From contig OY969561.1 in assembly GCA_963701085.1 (NCBI GenBank), positions 929,858 through 993,857 on the forward strand: DNA of 64,000 nt, read 5' to 3'. Below, in pieces: positions 40,859-51,158 of this stretch; the stretch's first letter is position 1; every line of letters begins with the position of its first letter. The notes beneath the pieces were generated by a model. That model searched no databases. It was not told where the DNA came from and saw only the letters and a list, made by a program, of their open reading frames with translations. Made by a program: the position numbers and the translations under genes. Source of the DNA: an uncultured bacterium. GTDB taxonomy: Bacteria; Babelota; Babeliae; Babelales; Vermiphilaceae.

Positions 40859-41632
40859 ATGAATAAGACATCATTATATATTGCCACAGTAATCATTTTA
40901 GCAACCTCCGGAATAATTTGGTACCGAGCAGCAAAAACAATAATTACTGCCACAGAACTTGATACCGTTATTGTAGGCACTAACGCTGAATTTCCGCCAT
41001 TTTCATTCAAAGAAAATGATATCATGACCGGTTTTGATATCGATGTTATTACTGAAGTTCTTACACGGCTTAATAAAAAATTTATTTTCAAAGATATGCC
41101 TTTTGAGGCACTCCTTCCAGAAATTCAACTCGGCAACATTCACGTTATTGCAGCAGGAATCACACCAACCAAGGAACGTGGGAAACGAACACTATTCACT
41201 CGACCGCATTTAGCGGCCGGTAATCCATTAATTATTATTTCTTTATCTAGCCTACCTTTAACAGCTCTCGATGATCTTACAGGAAAAACCATCGTGGTGA
41301 ATGAAGGCTATGTGGCAGATTCTTATATATCAGAGCAATCAGGAATACATATTATTCGTCTTTCTTCTGCCGCAGTGAGCGATGGTATGTTAGCACTAGA
41401 AAGCGGTAGAGCTGATGCATTTGTTACCGCAGCATTTTCCATGAAGCCATATTTCGATAAATATAGTGCTAAAAATTTTTCTGTAACACCAATCCCAGGA
41501 ACAGAAGAAACAAGCGCATTCGCCGTATCAAAACATTACCGAGAACTACGCGATTACATGCAAGTTACGCTCGATCGTATGCAAGAAGATGGCACGCTCG
41601 ATACCTTAAAAAGAAAATGGAATCTTTTATGA
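40859..41632 (+). CDS. polar amino-acid ABC transporter substrate-binding protein (family 3)
   Basis: Signal anchor, then VIVGTNAEFPPFSF..., GFDIDV, AAGITPTKER, typical SBP_bac_3 order. Confidence 0.8.
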   Translation: MNKTSLYIATVIILATSGIIWYRAAKTIITATELDTVIVGTNAEFPPFSFKENDIMTGFDIDVITEVLTRLNKKFIFKDMPFEALLPEIQLGNIHVIAAGITPTKERGKRTLFTRPHLAAGNPLIIISLSSLPLTALDDLTGKTIVVNEGYVADSYISEQSGIHIIRLSSAAVSDGMLALESGRADAFVTAAFSMKPYFDKYSAKNFSVTPIPGTEETSAFAVSKHYRELRDYMQVTLDRMQEDGTLDTLKRKWNLL

Positions 41633-42291
41633 TTATTGACTTTAATCTTATCATTGAATATTTGCCAGTACTGCTCCAAGGACTCGTTGTTACGCTCCAG
41701 ATAGCAGGTTTTGGCTGCTGCATTGGTCTTATACTGGGTACCATACTTGCGCTCATGCAAACAAGTAAAAATTCTTTATTGCGCATGATCGTAACCGGTT
41801 ACGTTGTCATTATTCGTGGCACACCAATGCTTATTCAGATTTTTAGTGCCTATTTTTTATTACCGCAAATTGGTATACACATCTCTGCATTATGGACGGC
41901 AATTATTGCTATCGGATTAAACAGTGCTGCCTATATCAGTCAAATTATGAGATCAGGAATTTCATCAATTGGCATTGGGCAACTGGAAGCTGCAAAAGTG
42001 CTTGGTTTTTCTACTGCCGATACTATTTACTACATTGTATTACCCCAAGCATTACGCACAACATTGCCTGCTCTTGGTAATGAATTTGTAACACTCATAA
42101 AAGATTCATCACTTGCATCACTCATTGGCGTGGAAGAACTGACCAAGCAAGGAAATATTGTAAAAAGTAAAACATTCGATGCAATCACCGTTTATTTTGC
42201 TATCGCTGTTCTCTATCTTATTGTCACCTCAACAATCTCTTTCTTTGTTGCACGCCTAGAAAAAAGGATGGATCTTCATGCTCAAGATTGA
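41617..42291 (+). CDS. polar amino-acid ABC transporter permease
   Basis: HisM/GlnP-type permease: IIRGTPMLIQIF, EAAKVLGFS (EAA loop), LPALGNEFVTLIKDSSLAS. Overlaps both neighbours. Confidence 0.85.
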   Translation: MESFMIIDFNLIIEYLPVLLQGLVVTLQIAGFGCCIGLILGTILALMQTSKNSLLRMIVTGYVVIIRGTPMLIQIFSAYFLLPQIGIHISALWTAIIAIGLNSAAYISQIMRSGISSIGIGQLEAAKVLGFSTADTIYYIVLPQALRTTLPALGNEFVTLIKDSSLASLIGVEELTKQGNIVKSKTFDAITVYFAIAVLYLIVTSTISFFVARLEKRMDLHAQD

Positions 42292-42994
42292 TAATGTAAC
42301 CAAATCATTTAACAAAAAAAAAATTCTCAACAACGTATCTTTTACCGTGCAAAAAGGTGAAATTGCACTGTTTTTAGGTTCATCCGGCGTGGGTAAATCA
42401 ACACTGCTGCGTATTTTAAACAACCTAGAAACAGTCAATAGCGGAACTATTTCTTTGAATGGCACGCCAATTAATCTTACAACTATTAATACAACACACA
42501 CCGTTGGTATGGTATTCCAACATTTTAATCTTTTTGATCACCTGACTGTTGAACAAAATATCACGCTACCACTGGAACGTGTACTCAAAAAAAGTTCTCT
42601 TGAAGCACAAAAAATTACACACACATTATTAGAGCGTTATGGATTATTAGACAAAAAAAATAAATATGCCGCACAACTTTCTGGTGGGCAAAAACAACGT
42701 CTTGCTATTGCGCGTGCATTGGCAATGGAACCAAAAATAATCTGCTTAGACGAACCAACTTCAGCCCTTGATCCGGTACTTACTTCATATGTTGCTAACA
42801 ATATTCAGCACCTTGCAAACGATGGTTACATTGTTCTTGTTGCAACACATGATACCGATTTACTCAAAAAACTTAATTGCACCATTTACTTGATGAGTGA
42901 AGGATCAATCATTGAAACAGCGCAATCACAACAATTACATAATAACCCTGATACATTCCCACGTATAAAAAAATTTATTGCTGGTCATGAATAA
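42278..42994 (+). CDS. polar amino-acid ABC transporter ATP-binding protein
   Basis: Walker A GSSGVGKST, Q-loop, signature LSGGQKQR, Walker B IICLDEPTSALD, H-loop ATHD. Confidence 0.9.
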   Translation: MLKIDNVTKSFNKKKILNNVSFTVQKGEIALFLGSSGVGKSTLLRILNNLETVNSGTISLNGTPINLTTINTTHTVGMVFQHFNLFDHLTVEQNITLPLERVLKKSSLEAQKITHTLLERYGLLDKKNKYAAQLSGGQKQRLAIARALAMEPKIICLDEPTSALDPVLTSYVANNIQHLANDGYIVLVATHDTDLLKKLNCTIYLMSEGSIIETAQSQQLHNNPDTFPRIKKFIAGHE

Positions 42995-43115
42995 AGTTCA
43001 TTGTGCGATGCTTGACAAAGCACTGAGCGATTGTTAGCATTAGGCAAATATTAAAGAAATATAAAAAACGTCCCTAACTGAACAATGTATAAAAAAGCAT
43101 TGTTCACCCCCCTAA

Positions 43116-43149
43116 CCCTTCAGCTTATTCAAAGTTGAAGGGATTTTTT
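43116..43149 (+). terminator. rho-independent terminator of the ABC transporter operon
   Basis: Stem CCCTTCAGCTT / AAGTTGAAGGG (one mismatch), 5-nt loop, then ATTTTTT. Confidence 0.55.
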
Positions 43150-43154
43150 ATGAC

Positions 43155-43362
43155 CTCCTTCGATACATTTTTGCAAGCAAAAACACTTCCTCCGTCGCTA
43201 AAGCTATGGAGGACACAGCAGGATGATTCTTTTGGGTACCCATCGAAAGGAACTGAAGATGGGTTTAATGAGCGGAAGAGAAAAGACGTTTGAGAATTTC
43301 CCCCACCCGCTCGCCCTGAGTGTTCTACGGAGTATAACGTAGTAGAATGTATCGAAGGGTGC
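43155..43362. repeat. composite repeat: RE-A termini enclosing RE-C and the module shared with 22098-22125
   Basis: CCTCCTTCGATACAT (left end) ... CACTTCCTCCGTCGCTAAAGCTATGGAGGACACAGCAGG ... GGTACCCATCGAAAGGAACTGAAGATGGGTTTAATGAGCGG ... CCGCTCGCCCTGAGTGTTCTACGGAGTATAACGTAGTAGAATGTATCGAAGGGTGCG (right end, 11 nt from the stop at 43373). Confidence 0.7.
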
Positions 43363-43372
43363 GAAATAAAAA

Positions 43373-43948
43373 TTACTTCCTCACCACAACCAACCCAGCA
43401 TCAAAACTCATCTGAAAGTTATCATCAGCAACACGGGTAAAACTAACGTGAGAAATGGTAATCATAGAACGAGAATTTTTTATTGTTTCCAAAAACGTCA
43501 TTAATTTTTGCATTGAACCAGCAACATCAAAATGCGCTAAATCTTTGGAGTACCATGTTTTATCTTTGGTATTGCATGATCCATACACATTCAATGTAAG
43601 ACCGGCCTTTGCAATGCTATCCAACACAAATAACATGCGTTGATGGCAATGCTCTTCTCTTTTGTCAGAAGCTATTGCACGATCATCTATATTTTTTTTA
43701 CTTGATTCAACAACCGTTAATAATTCCTTACCACTTTTGTGTAACTGAACACTGTCATCAGATTTTTTTTGCAATGTCATACACTCAGATTGCAACAACG
43801 CAATATGCCCAAGCAGCGGATAATAAACCCCATAGATACCAACAACAACAAATGCACTGAATGAAAAAAGCATCGCTAAATAACAACGCTTTAAACTTGT
43901 ATGTGCAATATAATTATAGATCGCATTATTACGCGCAATAAAATACAT
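43373..43948 (-). CDS. PilO-like pilus/secretion assembly protein (bitopic)
   Basis: Short cytoplasmic N-terminus, one TM (AMLFSFSAFVVVGIYGVYY), a coiled coil, then a C-terminal core with PilO-like pattern (..IAKAGLTLN......FDVAGSMQKLMTFLETIKNSRSMITISHVSF..). Assignment is by architecture only. Confidence 0.4.
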   Translation of the reverse strand: MYFIARNNAIYNYIAHTSLKRCYLAMLFSFSAFVVVGIYGVYYPLLGHIALLQSECMTLQKKSDDSVQLHKSGKELLTVVESSKKNIDDRAIASDKREEHCHQRMLFVLDSIAKAGLTLNVYGSCNTKDKTWYSKDLAHFDVAGSMQKLMTFLETIKNSRSMITISHVSFTRVADDNFQMSFDAGLVVVRK

Positions 43949-43975
43949 TACATGTCTCCTTTTTATTACAATAAC

Positions 43976-44022
43976 TTCCTCCGCTCATCCTGAGTGCCCC
44001 GTTAGGGGTGTATCGAAGGACT
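43976..44022. repeat. RE-A half copy
   Basis: CTTCCTCCGCTCATCCTGAGTGCCCCGTTAGGGGTGTATCGAAGGACTCC, 9 nt 3' of the stop at 44031. Confidence 0.65.
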
Positions 44023-44030
44023 CCTTATCT

Positions 44031-44765
44031 TTACAATTTTACTGTTTTAAGATACTCAGACTGAAGACCCGCTAACCGATTACATACAATAAATATCACC
44101 ATGCTTACAAAAGATTCAAATATAAAAAACGCCTCAATTTTTTTTCCATATTTAAAATTCAATGTCACTAACAAACAAAACATTCCAGAAAATGTGCTCA
44201 GTAGACTAGTAACCAATATACGATACAACGTAGAATTCATATGATTTACACATAAACAAAGTCCTTTTTTTATATTTTCACTAGCCATTTCAGCAATTAT
44301 TTTATAATCATCAGCACAAATATCACCTTCATAAAATAATGAATGATCCGCTATCCTAATAAGCACATCTCGTTGTTTACGTGGCAAAACAAACAATTCT
44401 TGCGCTAAAAATCTCTTATTACCAATTTTATGCTGGCACATCTTTTGCAACTGATAAAATTCTTGAGCACATTTGACTCCCAAGAATACTGGCACATGTA
44501 AAGTATGTTCTTCCAATTGTCGCTGATCAGTACATTTTTTTGATTTTTTATCTTCAGAAATAATAAGATTAAAAAAATCTTTAATTATTTTACCTTGCAG
44601 TTCCAATGGCAGCTCATCAATATAATTTTCTTGAGAACGCCGTAAAACTATTGGTTCTTCACAATCATCACATAGAGCACTGCTCACAAGAGACAATGTT
44701 GGCAAATCCATTGCATGTGAATAAAATGCAAAAAATATAAATACTGTATATCGTAATGTTTTCAT
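44031..44765 (-). CDS. membrane protein with signal-like leader and a possible F-box-like segment
   Basis: Leader ..FFAFYSHAMD. IDELPLELQGKIIKDFFNLI. Two C-terminal TM segments. Start shares base 44765 with the stop of the M23 gene. Confidence 0.45.
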   Translation of the reverse strand: MKTLRYTVFIFFAFYSHAMDLPTLSLVSSALCDDCEEPIVLRRSQENYIDELPLELQGKIIKDFFNLIISEDKKSKKCTDQRQLEEHTLHVPVFLGVKCAQEFYQLQKMCQHKIGNKRFLAQELFVLPRKQRDVLIRIADHSLFYEGDICADDYKIIAEMASENIKKGLCLCVNHMNSTLYRILVTSLLSTFSGMFCLLVTLNFKYGKKIEAFFIFESFVSMVIFIVCNRLAGLQSEYLKTVKL

Positions 44766-45958
44766 TACAGCGTCGCTTTAATCCACTGCAACGGATCAAC
44801 CGGTGTATTATTTATGCGCATTTCCCAATGCAAATGATATCCGGTAGCGTATCCTGTTTTGCCGATAGTACCAAGCGGGTTACCTTGTGAAATTTTTTGC
44901 CCAACTTCAATATCAGCAAAATCATCTAAGTGATAAAAAAGTGACAAAATACCAAGACCATGATCAATAATTACGGTATTACCGCTCGGTGCAAATCTAT
45001 CTTTCATCACCACAATGCCATCCTGCGGAGCCCAAACAACACTGCGGGGCATATTAATCACATCAACAGCTTTATGCGCATAGCGCCCCTTGTGTTGCGT
45101 TGTACGAATGGTGCCATAATCACACGTAACGCGTTGAATTTCTATCGGTGAACAAAACGTACCGCGCCATAATTTTTCACGCGGTGACTGCGTTGATAAT
45201 TGTGCAATATCATCCTCTAAATTTTTACCGTCACGCCCCAAAGACTTTTCTTCTTGAACTTTATCAGCAGTCACGGTAATAACTTCTTTTTTAAATGGAT
45301 AGACAACAATCTGGAACTTATTATCAAGATGTAAAGTGTTACCAACCTTATCTTCTATATCAACGGAGAAAAGATATTCATTTGGTTGATCTTCACATTC
45401 GATTGGAATAAAACATTCATATATTTTTGAATTTTTAGCTTCTGGAAAACATTCAAACGTACGAGACAGCGTATTAATAAACGCATGCTTTATCTCTTTA
45501 TTTGCCTGAAATTGAATATGCAATGTTCTTCCCTGAAACACTTTATATGGCGCTCCAGTTTTTACAAACACCGCTTGCAATGGTAAATTATCCACATAAA
45601 ATTCACGACTTAAAGCTGTCTTATTACGATTAAAGGTACTATCAGCAAATTCAACTTTCAGAAGATGTTTTCCATTGCTCAATGTTTTGGTTGGAATGGT
45701 AAATAATTGACCATCGTGGTTCGCTTTAACTCGTACACCATTAGCCAAATTTTGCGCATCAAGCCACAATGAAATATCACCCGTTTTATCTGCCTGCACC
45801 GCACAACGCACATCGCCTGCATAACAACAATTTTCATTAATACCATTTATTCCAACGCACGCAACTGTTGTATCTAAAAAATAAGCGTACATCTGCCAAC
45901 CAATCCACGATGCAATAATTAATGCAATAACTTTAGGAGCATGTTTCAAAAGAATCAT
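44765..45958 (-). CDS. M23 (LytM-type) metallopeptidase, membrane anchored
   Basis: N-terminal TM. C-terminal HKAVDV...GNTVIIDHGLGILSLFYHL...TGYATGYHLHWEMR (HxxxD and HxH zinc motifs of M23). Confidence 0.85.
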   Translation of the reverse strand: MILLKHAPKVIALIIASWIGWQMYAYFLDTTVACVGINGINENCCYAGDVRCAVQADKTGDISLWLDAQNLANGVRVKANHDGQLFTIPTKTLSNGKHLLKVEFADSTFNRNKTALSREFYVDNLPLQAVFVKTGAPYKVFQGRTLHIQFQANKEIKHAFINTLSRTFECFPEAKNSKIYECFIPIECEDQPNEYLFSVDIEDKVGNTLHLDNKFQIVVYPFKKEVITVTADKVQEEKSLGRDGKNLEDDIAQLSTQSPREKLWRGTFCSPIEIQRVTCDYGTIRTTQHKGRYAHKAVDVINMPRSVVWAPQDGIVVMKDRFAPSGNTVIIDHGLGILSLFYHLDDFADIEVGQKISQGNPLGTIGKTGYATGYHLHWEMRINNTPVDPLQWIKATL

Positions 45959-46106
45959 AATAATAAAAGTTCAGAATTGAAAAAATTGTCATAATTTTAA
46001 TAAATGTTAAAGTTAGTATAATTACTTTTCACCGGAAGGTAAAAACTAAAAAAACTTACCTACAATAAGCGATTCTCAAAACACTCTTACCCATCATTTA
46101 TATAGA

Positions 46107-46163
46107 TTTTTGATGGTAAAAGCATCATATTTCATAATTTTTGATGGTTTGACCATCATATTT
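46107..46163 (+). promoter_or_regulatory. two direct 26-bp repeats containing palindromes upstream of uvrC (candidate operator)
   Basis: TTTTTGATGGTAAAAGCATCATATTT (46107-46132) and TTTTTGATGGTTTGACCATCATATTT (46138-46163). The second holds the perfect 7-3-7 palindrome TGATGGT-TTG-ACCATCA (46142-46158), about 65 nt before the uvrC ATG. Confidence 0.3.
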
Positions 46164-46225
46164 ACTACTTTTTACGCCAAAGATTCCTACATTATAATTA
46201 TACCATTTGTGTTAGACTTAAAAAT

Positions 46226-47511
46226 ATGAAAGTATCAATAAAGAAACTGGAAAAATCAATCCCGAAGCTGACCGGCGTCTATCTTTTTAAAGACGCAGAG
46301 GATACTTTTATCTATATTGGCAAGGCGAAAAACTTGCATCACCGCGTCAATTCCTACTTCCAAAAATACAACACAGACTGGAAAATCAAGCAACTTATTG
46401 ATGGATATGCTGATATAGACTATATTCTTACTCCAACGGAAACAGAAAGCTTGCTCCTGGAGGCTGAATTGGTACAAAAATATAAGCCAAAATTCAATGT
46501 GCTTCTCAAAGAAGGTCAACCCTTTCTTTATATCCTTTATTTACTCCTACTGAAACTCCCAACCATAGAGCTTGTTCGCAATAAAAAGAAAAAAGGAACC
46601 TATTTTGGTCCCTTTCTGCAAAAAAGTCCTGCCCGCAAAACATTCCACTTTTTAATGCAGACCTTCAACCTGAAGCTCTGTAATAAAAAAATAGAACTGG
46701 GATGCCTTGACTACCACATTGGCAACTGCGCGGGCAACTGCAAACCAAATTTTGATCTTACTGATTACTGCTTCCGGATTACTCTTGCACGAGAAGCATT
46801 AAAAAATAATCAGGATGGTTTTATACAAAACATTAAAGATCAAATGAAAAAATACAGTACAGAATTTGCTTTTGAAAAAGCACAACGCTTGCATGAATAT
46901 TTGCAAAATGTTGATACCATTTTTAACACACTCAACACACATTTCAGCGCAGATAAATTTGCAACTGATATCTTTGTTGCAAGCACACCAACGTCCCTAC
47001 TTCGCCAGACGAAAAAAACAGTATCAATACTGAACTGCAAAAATTTTTGGGCTTTGCCCTCCCGGTGCGCACCATTGACTGTTTTGACATTTCACATTTT
47101 CAAAGCAGTTATCTTGTTGGATCATGCGTGCGATTTACTGATGGGCAACCAGAGAAAAGTATGTTCCGTCATTTTAAAATTAAAACATTAACCGAACAAA
47201 ATGATTATGCTGCTTTACAAGAAATTATAAGTAGACGTTATAAAAACAAAACAGATCTTCCTGATCTTATTGTTATTGATGGCGGCAAAGGGCAACTGAG
47301 TGCTGCATACCACGTATTACCTGATGCTCCGATTGTCAGCTTGGCCAAACGTGAAGAAACAATGTATGGTCCACAGTTTCCTGATGGTATTATCCTTGAT
47401 ATCAAAACTAATGTTGGAAAATTGCTCATTGCGCTCCGTGATTATGCACATCATTTTGCGATTAGCTATCATCGATTAAAAAGAAAAAAAGGATTAACCT
47501 ATTCAAAATAA
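46226..47511 (+). pseudogene. uvrC: excinuclease ABC subunit C (short form without the HhH tail), at least 2 frame changes as sequenced
   Basis: GIY-YIG domain (GVYLFKD...IYIGKAKNLHHRVNSYF...YKPKFN). Local scramble at about 46525-46560. Switch near 47010-47030 (A7 run) into ELQKFLGLPLPVRTIDCFDISHFQ...VIDGGKGQL...LAKREE (47047-47511). Confidence 0.85.
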
Positions 47512-47528
47512 ACATCTATATTTTTAGA

Positions 47529-48022
47529 CTAACCTGTTAATACACAGCACGCGCCAATTATGCAGCCAACGCATGTGCAGATGGGTAATCCATACCACAT
47601 CATATCATTCATAACTCTCACTGGTGTAAAAATATCACACCAGAAGCACATACACCCATCTAATATAGTATATGCACACATTCCATTAGCACCACTCATC
47701 AAACCAAAACAACTCCCACGTCCTGCTCCTTTGAGTACACGAGCACATCTATCAGAAGTTGCGGCATTTTTCTTTGTATTTCGGTACCATAGAACGAGTT
47801 ATCTCGTGTGTTTTTATAGGTTACCCATAAATCAACTTCCACCAATTCTTCATCCTGCTTACATAGCCTCTGTATACATTTAATAGTTCTATCCTGAGCT
47901 TCTTTTGGCAATGATGTTATGACATAATGCATCAATGGAATCTTTGAAGGAACGATGTCCATAGAATGCAACATAGATGATATACATAATAAGATAGTAT
48001 AAAAAACCCTATAAATTAACAT
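47529..48022 (-). pseudogene. small secreted protein with a Cys-rich hydrophobic tail, one frame change as sequenced
   Basis: Leader ..CISSMLHSMD (47699-48022). A second frame continues ..GAGRGSCFGLMSGANGMCAYTILDGCMCFWCDIFTPV...GLPICTCVGCIIGACCVLTG* to TAG 47531-47529. The span is not a multiple of 3. Confidence 0.4.
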
Positions 48023-48122
48023 TTTTATAACAATGAAGAGAAAGATTTATCGGTTTGTTTTGAACTAAATAAATTCAACAAACGAGGACAACAACGACCA
48101 TACCTAAATTCTTCACCATCAC

Positions 48123-49224
48123 CTAAAGGATGCGTGTTAAAGAAGGCTTTGGAACTACTGCTTGCTCACCTGATAAAGAACTTGTAAGAGATGATTCACT
48201 TGATGAAGAGCTCGTGAGGTCTTGAGATTTACTTTCTATACCCATAGTATATTTTTTAGTAATGATATGATTATTACAACAATCTTTCTTTTTATCAAAA
48301 TCTTTCTTATTTTCTGCAAAATACTTATTCAACATAAAATAACAACAGCGAGCTTTTGCTGAATTTTCTGGGCGTACAGAATCTAAGGTTGTATCTTGTG
48401 TAAATGTTCTAAATTTATTGAATGCAAGCTTATAAACGGTCAATTTATCACTATTTTCCGCCTCTTTTGATATATAATTTTTCTTCATAAGTTTATATAA
48501 CTCATCAGCATCATGTTGATCTACAATAATATGAGCCAACGTATTACCTCTTAGCGTCTACTATTTTTTGATACATATCAGACAACCCACTAGAACTATT
48601 AGATTGATCTTGATTTAAAAAGGGAGTTAATAACTCTTCTTCAATGATAAATTGCGTGTTCTGTGCTCTATGTTGTAGTTGTAGCATTATCATTTTTTCC
48701 AAATAAGACTCTTTACATGAGTTAAAAATAGTATTTGTTTTATAATGCTCAATAATAGATTTCAGTATAGCATACGCAGTGTCTCTTTTTTCTAGATCTA
48801 TCCTTGGTGATAATTGTTCAGCGCAAAATGTAACAAAATCAGCACATTCTTTTTCTGAATGATATTTTATATTTCCTTTTGCTATAAGCCATAGCGTAAT
48901 TGGTAAATCTATTTTTTTTATCGCATATTGAAAAAATCCATTTTGTTCATCATCTTTTGCCAAATGTATATAGTCAGCACTATTTTCACATCCGGTTATA
49001 AAAGAAATCACCTCAAGTATATTATTCATATCTTGAGGCGTAAATTCATCACTTGTTTTATATTTTTCTAAACAATTTTTTAGCTGATTATTGCAATCAT
49101 CATTAAGATATTTCTCTGTTTCTTTATAATCTATACTACTATCTTGTTGAGGTTGTTCCATGCAATACAACGTAACATGAGTGATAAAGAAACAGAGAAA
49201 TAATATTACTGGTACATTCTTCAT
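48123..49224 (-). pseudogene. family C secreted protein (ankyrin-like DxxGNT.AH repeats), one frame change as sequenced
   Basis: 48544-49224 plus 48123-48539 are colinear with the single 49341-50348 protein. The junction ..IVDAKR*/..GNTLAHIIVDQHD is restored by a 1-nt change near 48540. Shared C-terminal CCYFML...CC..HII motif. Confidence 0.5.
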
Positions 49225-49340
49225 TTGGTGCCTTTTTTTTAATGAAAAGATAAAAAATAGTTGGCTTATTTTAACAATTTAGAATGAAAAAACAAGCATT
49301 AGCTCATCTATAGGCACCAAATAATGATGTGTTTATTTTT

Positions 49341-50348
49341 TTAAATAATATGTTTATCACAACATTGTTTAAAATCTGTGTTGTTATCCTGCTTTCTTTG
49401 AAAATTCAAGAGCATAAAATAACAACATTTCTTTCTACTATCTTCCTGAGAAACTGTTGAAATAGTAAAATCTTTGCTGGGAGCACATTGCTCAAAAAGC
49501 CTGTGTGCTACCTCAAGAAAGATTTTTTGTGCTAACGCAAGAGGATTTAATGTGTCTTTATTTTTTGCAAATGTAATGTAATTTTTTCCTATAAAAGTAT
49601 ACAACATATCAGACAAGTGGCGTGATACAAGCATATGAGTGAATGTATTCTCTTCTGCGTCCCGTATTTCCTGATAAATTTCTGATAACACAATAGGCTT
49701 TTCTATAAGGTCTTGTTGCGATACTACACCTTGTCCTGAAAAATATTTTGATGCATCCTCTTTTATAAAATTAGTACCATGCTTTATATGCTCAAACTCT
49801 AATGTCACTATTTTCTTTAAAAAACATCTTCGATGATTATAGTTAAAACCAACCTTGTCATAGCCAGCAATTAATTTAGTAAATATCTTATAAGATTCCT
49901 CTCTATTGCCTTCCTCTGCATTCGGCATTAATTGATCAATACAAAGATCAATGGGTTCTTTACCAGCATTATTTGGCATACTCAATGAATATTTCATACA
50001 ATCAATCACCCATTCTGTCATTTTTAAATCTCTATGTTTTACTACAATGTGTGCAAAAGTATTCCCTTCTGCATCATATACATCTCTATGTAAACACTTA
50101 CTGAGAAAAGATAAATTTTCCTTGTTTGTCATCTTAGCATAGGTATTCTTTATGTTCTGCATATCATCATAGCTAAAAGATTCTTTTTTATATTCCGTTA
50201 AACGATTACCTAAATATTTTTTAAAATCATTTTTTATTATTTCTTTAGCATCTCCATCACTCTCATAATTAAAAGCTGTATCAAACTCCATAGAATGCAG
50301 TGTAACACTACTCAAAAGTAAGCAAGAAAGTAATTGTATATTCTTCAT
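49341..50348 (-). CDS. family C secreted protein (intact copy)
   Basis: Leader ..SSVTLHSME. Two DAEGNTFAHIVV / DAEENTFTHMLV segments. C-terminal KCCYFMLLNF...QCCDKHII. Confidence 0.6.
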   Translation of the reverse strand: MKNIQLLSCLLLSSVTLHSMEFDTAFNYESDGDAKEIIKNDFKKYLGNRLTEYKKESFSYDDMQNIKNTYAKMTNKENLSFLSKCLHRDVYDAEGNTFAHIVVKHRDLKMTEWVIDCMKYSLSMPNNAGKEPIDLCIDQLMPNAEEGNREESYKIFTKLIAGYDKVGFNYNHRRCFLKKIVTLEFEHIKHGTNFIKEDASKYFSGQGVVSQQDLIEKPIVLSEIYQEIRDAEENTFTHMLVSRHLSDMLYTFIGKNYITFAKNKDTLNPLALAQKIFLEVAHRLFEQCAPSKDFTISTVSQEDSRKKCCYFMLLNFQRKQDNNTDFKQCCDKHII

Positions 50349-50448
50349 ATGAACCCTTTTTTAATAAGAAGGTGAAAAACAGTTGGCCCATCCTAAATAA
50401 TTTAAAGTTTAAAAAACAAGTAATTTTTTTTAACAAAATGAGTTGTTT

Positions 50449-51066
50449 CTAAAACAGTGACTCTTCAGCATTAAACTTAAGCCAAAAGAGCAATTTTCCT
50501 ATATAATTTTTTAACTCTTTTGATATCTCTAACGCAAAATATGCATAACAGATGGGATATATTTCCTTTATGATGGATGGTGCGCATTCTTTAAATTTTG
50601 TAAAAAATACCACTTCCCTGTCTTGTGCTGTTGGCTTAAAATCATAGCTCAATAATGTTTGTATACACTCTTTTTTTACTGCAAAGGGTGCCGTTGCCAT
50701 TGTTATTATACCCAAAGCAGAACATTCTTTTATTCGTTCATTACAATAAAGTTGTATATAAAATTCCCCTTTCTGCATAAGCCCTCTCTCAAAATCATCA
50801 TAAGTTTTTGCAGTATAAATAGAATACAAAAAAAGAGATGCTGCTGGAGACCATCCTCTGACAACATGCCCATTATGACGCTCATATAGCTCATTTTTTA
50901 TTGTTAATATAACATTTTCGCATTTTAATTTTTTAACGAACAAAGACTCAGAAATTTGTTTTAAGTCGGATTTTTTCTTCAGCACTACCATTTCCATACA
51001 TCCTGTTATAGTGGAAAATAAAAAGAATAGTAACACCATCAAAAAATGAGTTTTTTTATGTATCAT
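50449..51066 (-). CDS. secreted hypothetical protein
   Basis: Leader ..FSTITGCME. No motif recognised. Confidence 0.5.
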   Translation of the reverse strand: MIHKKTHFLMVLLFFLFSTITGCMEMVVLKKKSDLKQISESLFVKKLKCENVILTIKNELYERHNGHVVRGWSPAASLFLYSIYTAKTYDDFERGLMQKGEFYIQLYCNERIKECSALGIITMATAPFAVKKECIQTLLSYDFKPTAQDREVVFFTKFKECAPSIIKEIYPICYAYFALEISKELKNYIGKLLFWLKFNAEESLF

Positions 51067-51158
51067 ATTGAGATTCCTCTTTTATTAATAAACTCTAGCT
51101 CTTATAAAAAACTTCATGGTAGTATCAGGAAAATTATTCCCTACTATCAAGGAAACCT

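Noticed and set aside
40708-41091. 127-aa minus-strand ORF
   Set aside because: It is antisense to the well-supported substrate-binding protein gene, and its 3' part is repeat-derived (..CAHPELVEGLSA..).
47560-47883. 107-aa plus-strand ORF
   Set aside because: It is antisense to the leader-bearing minus-strand gene 47529-48022, whose two fragments explain the region better. The plus-strand ORF has no start context or motif.
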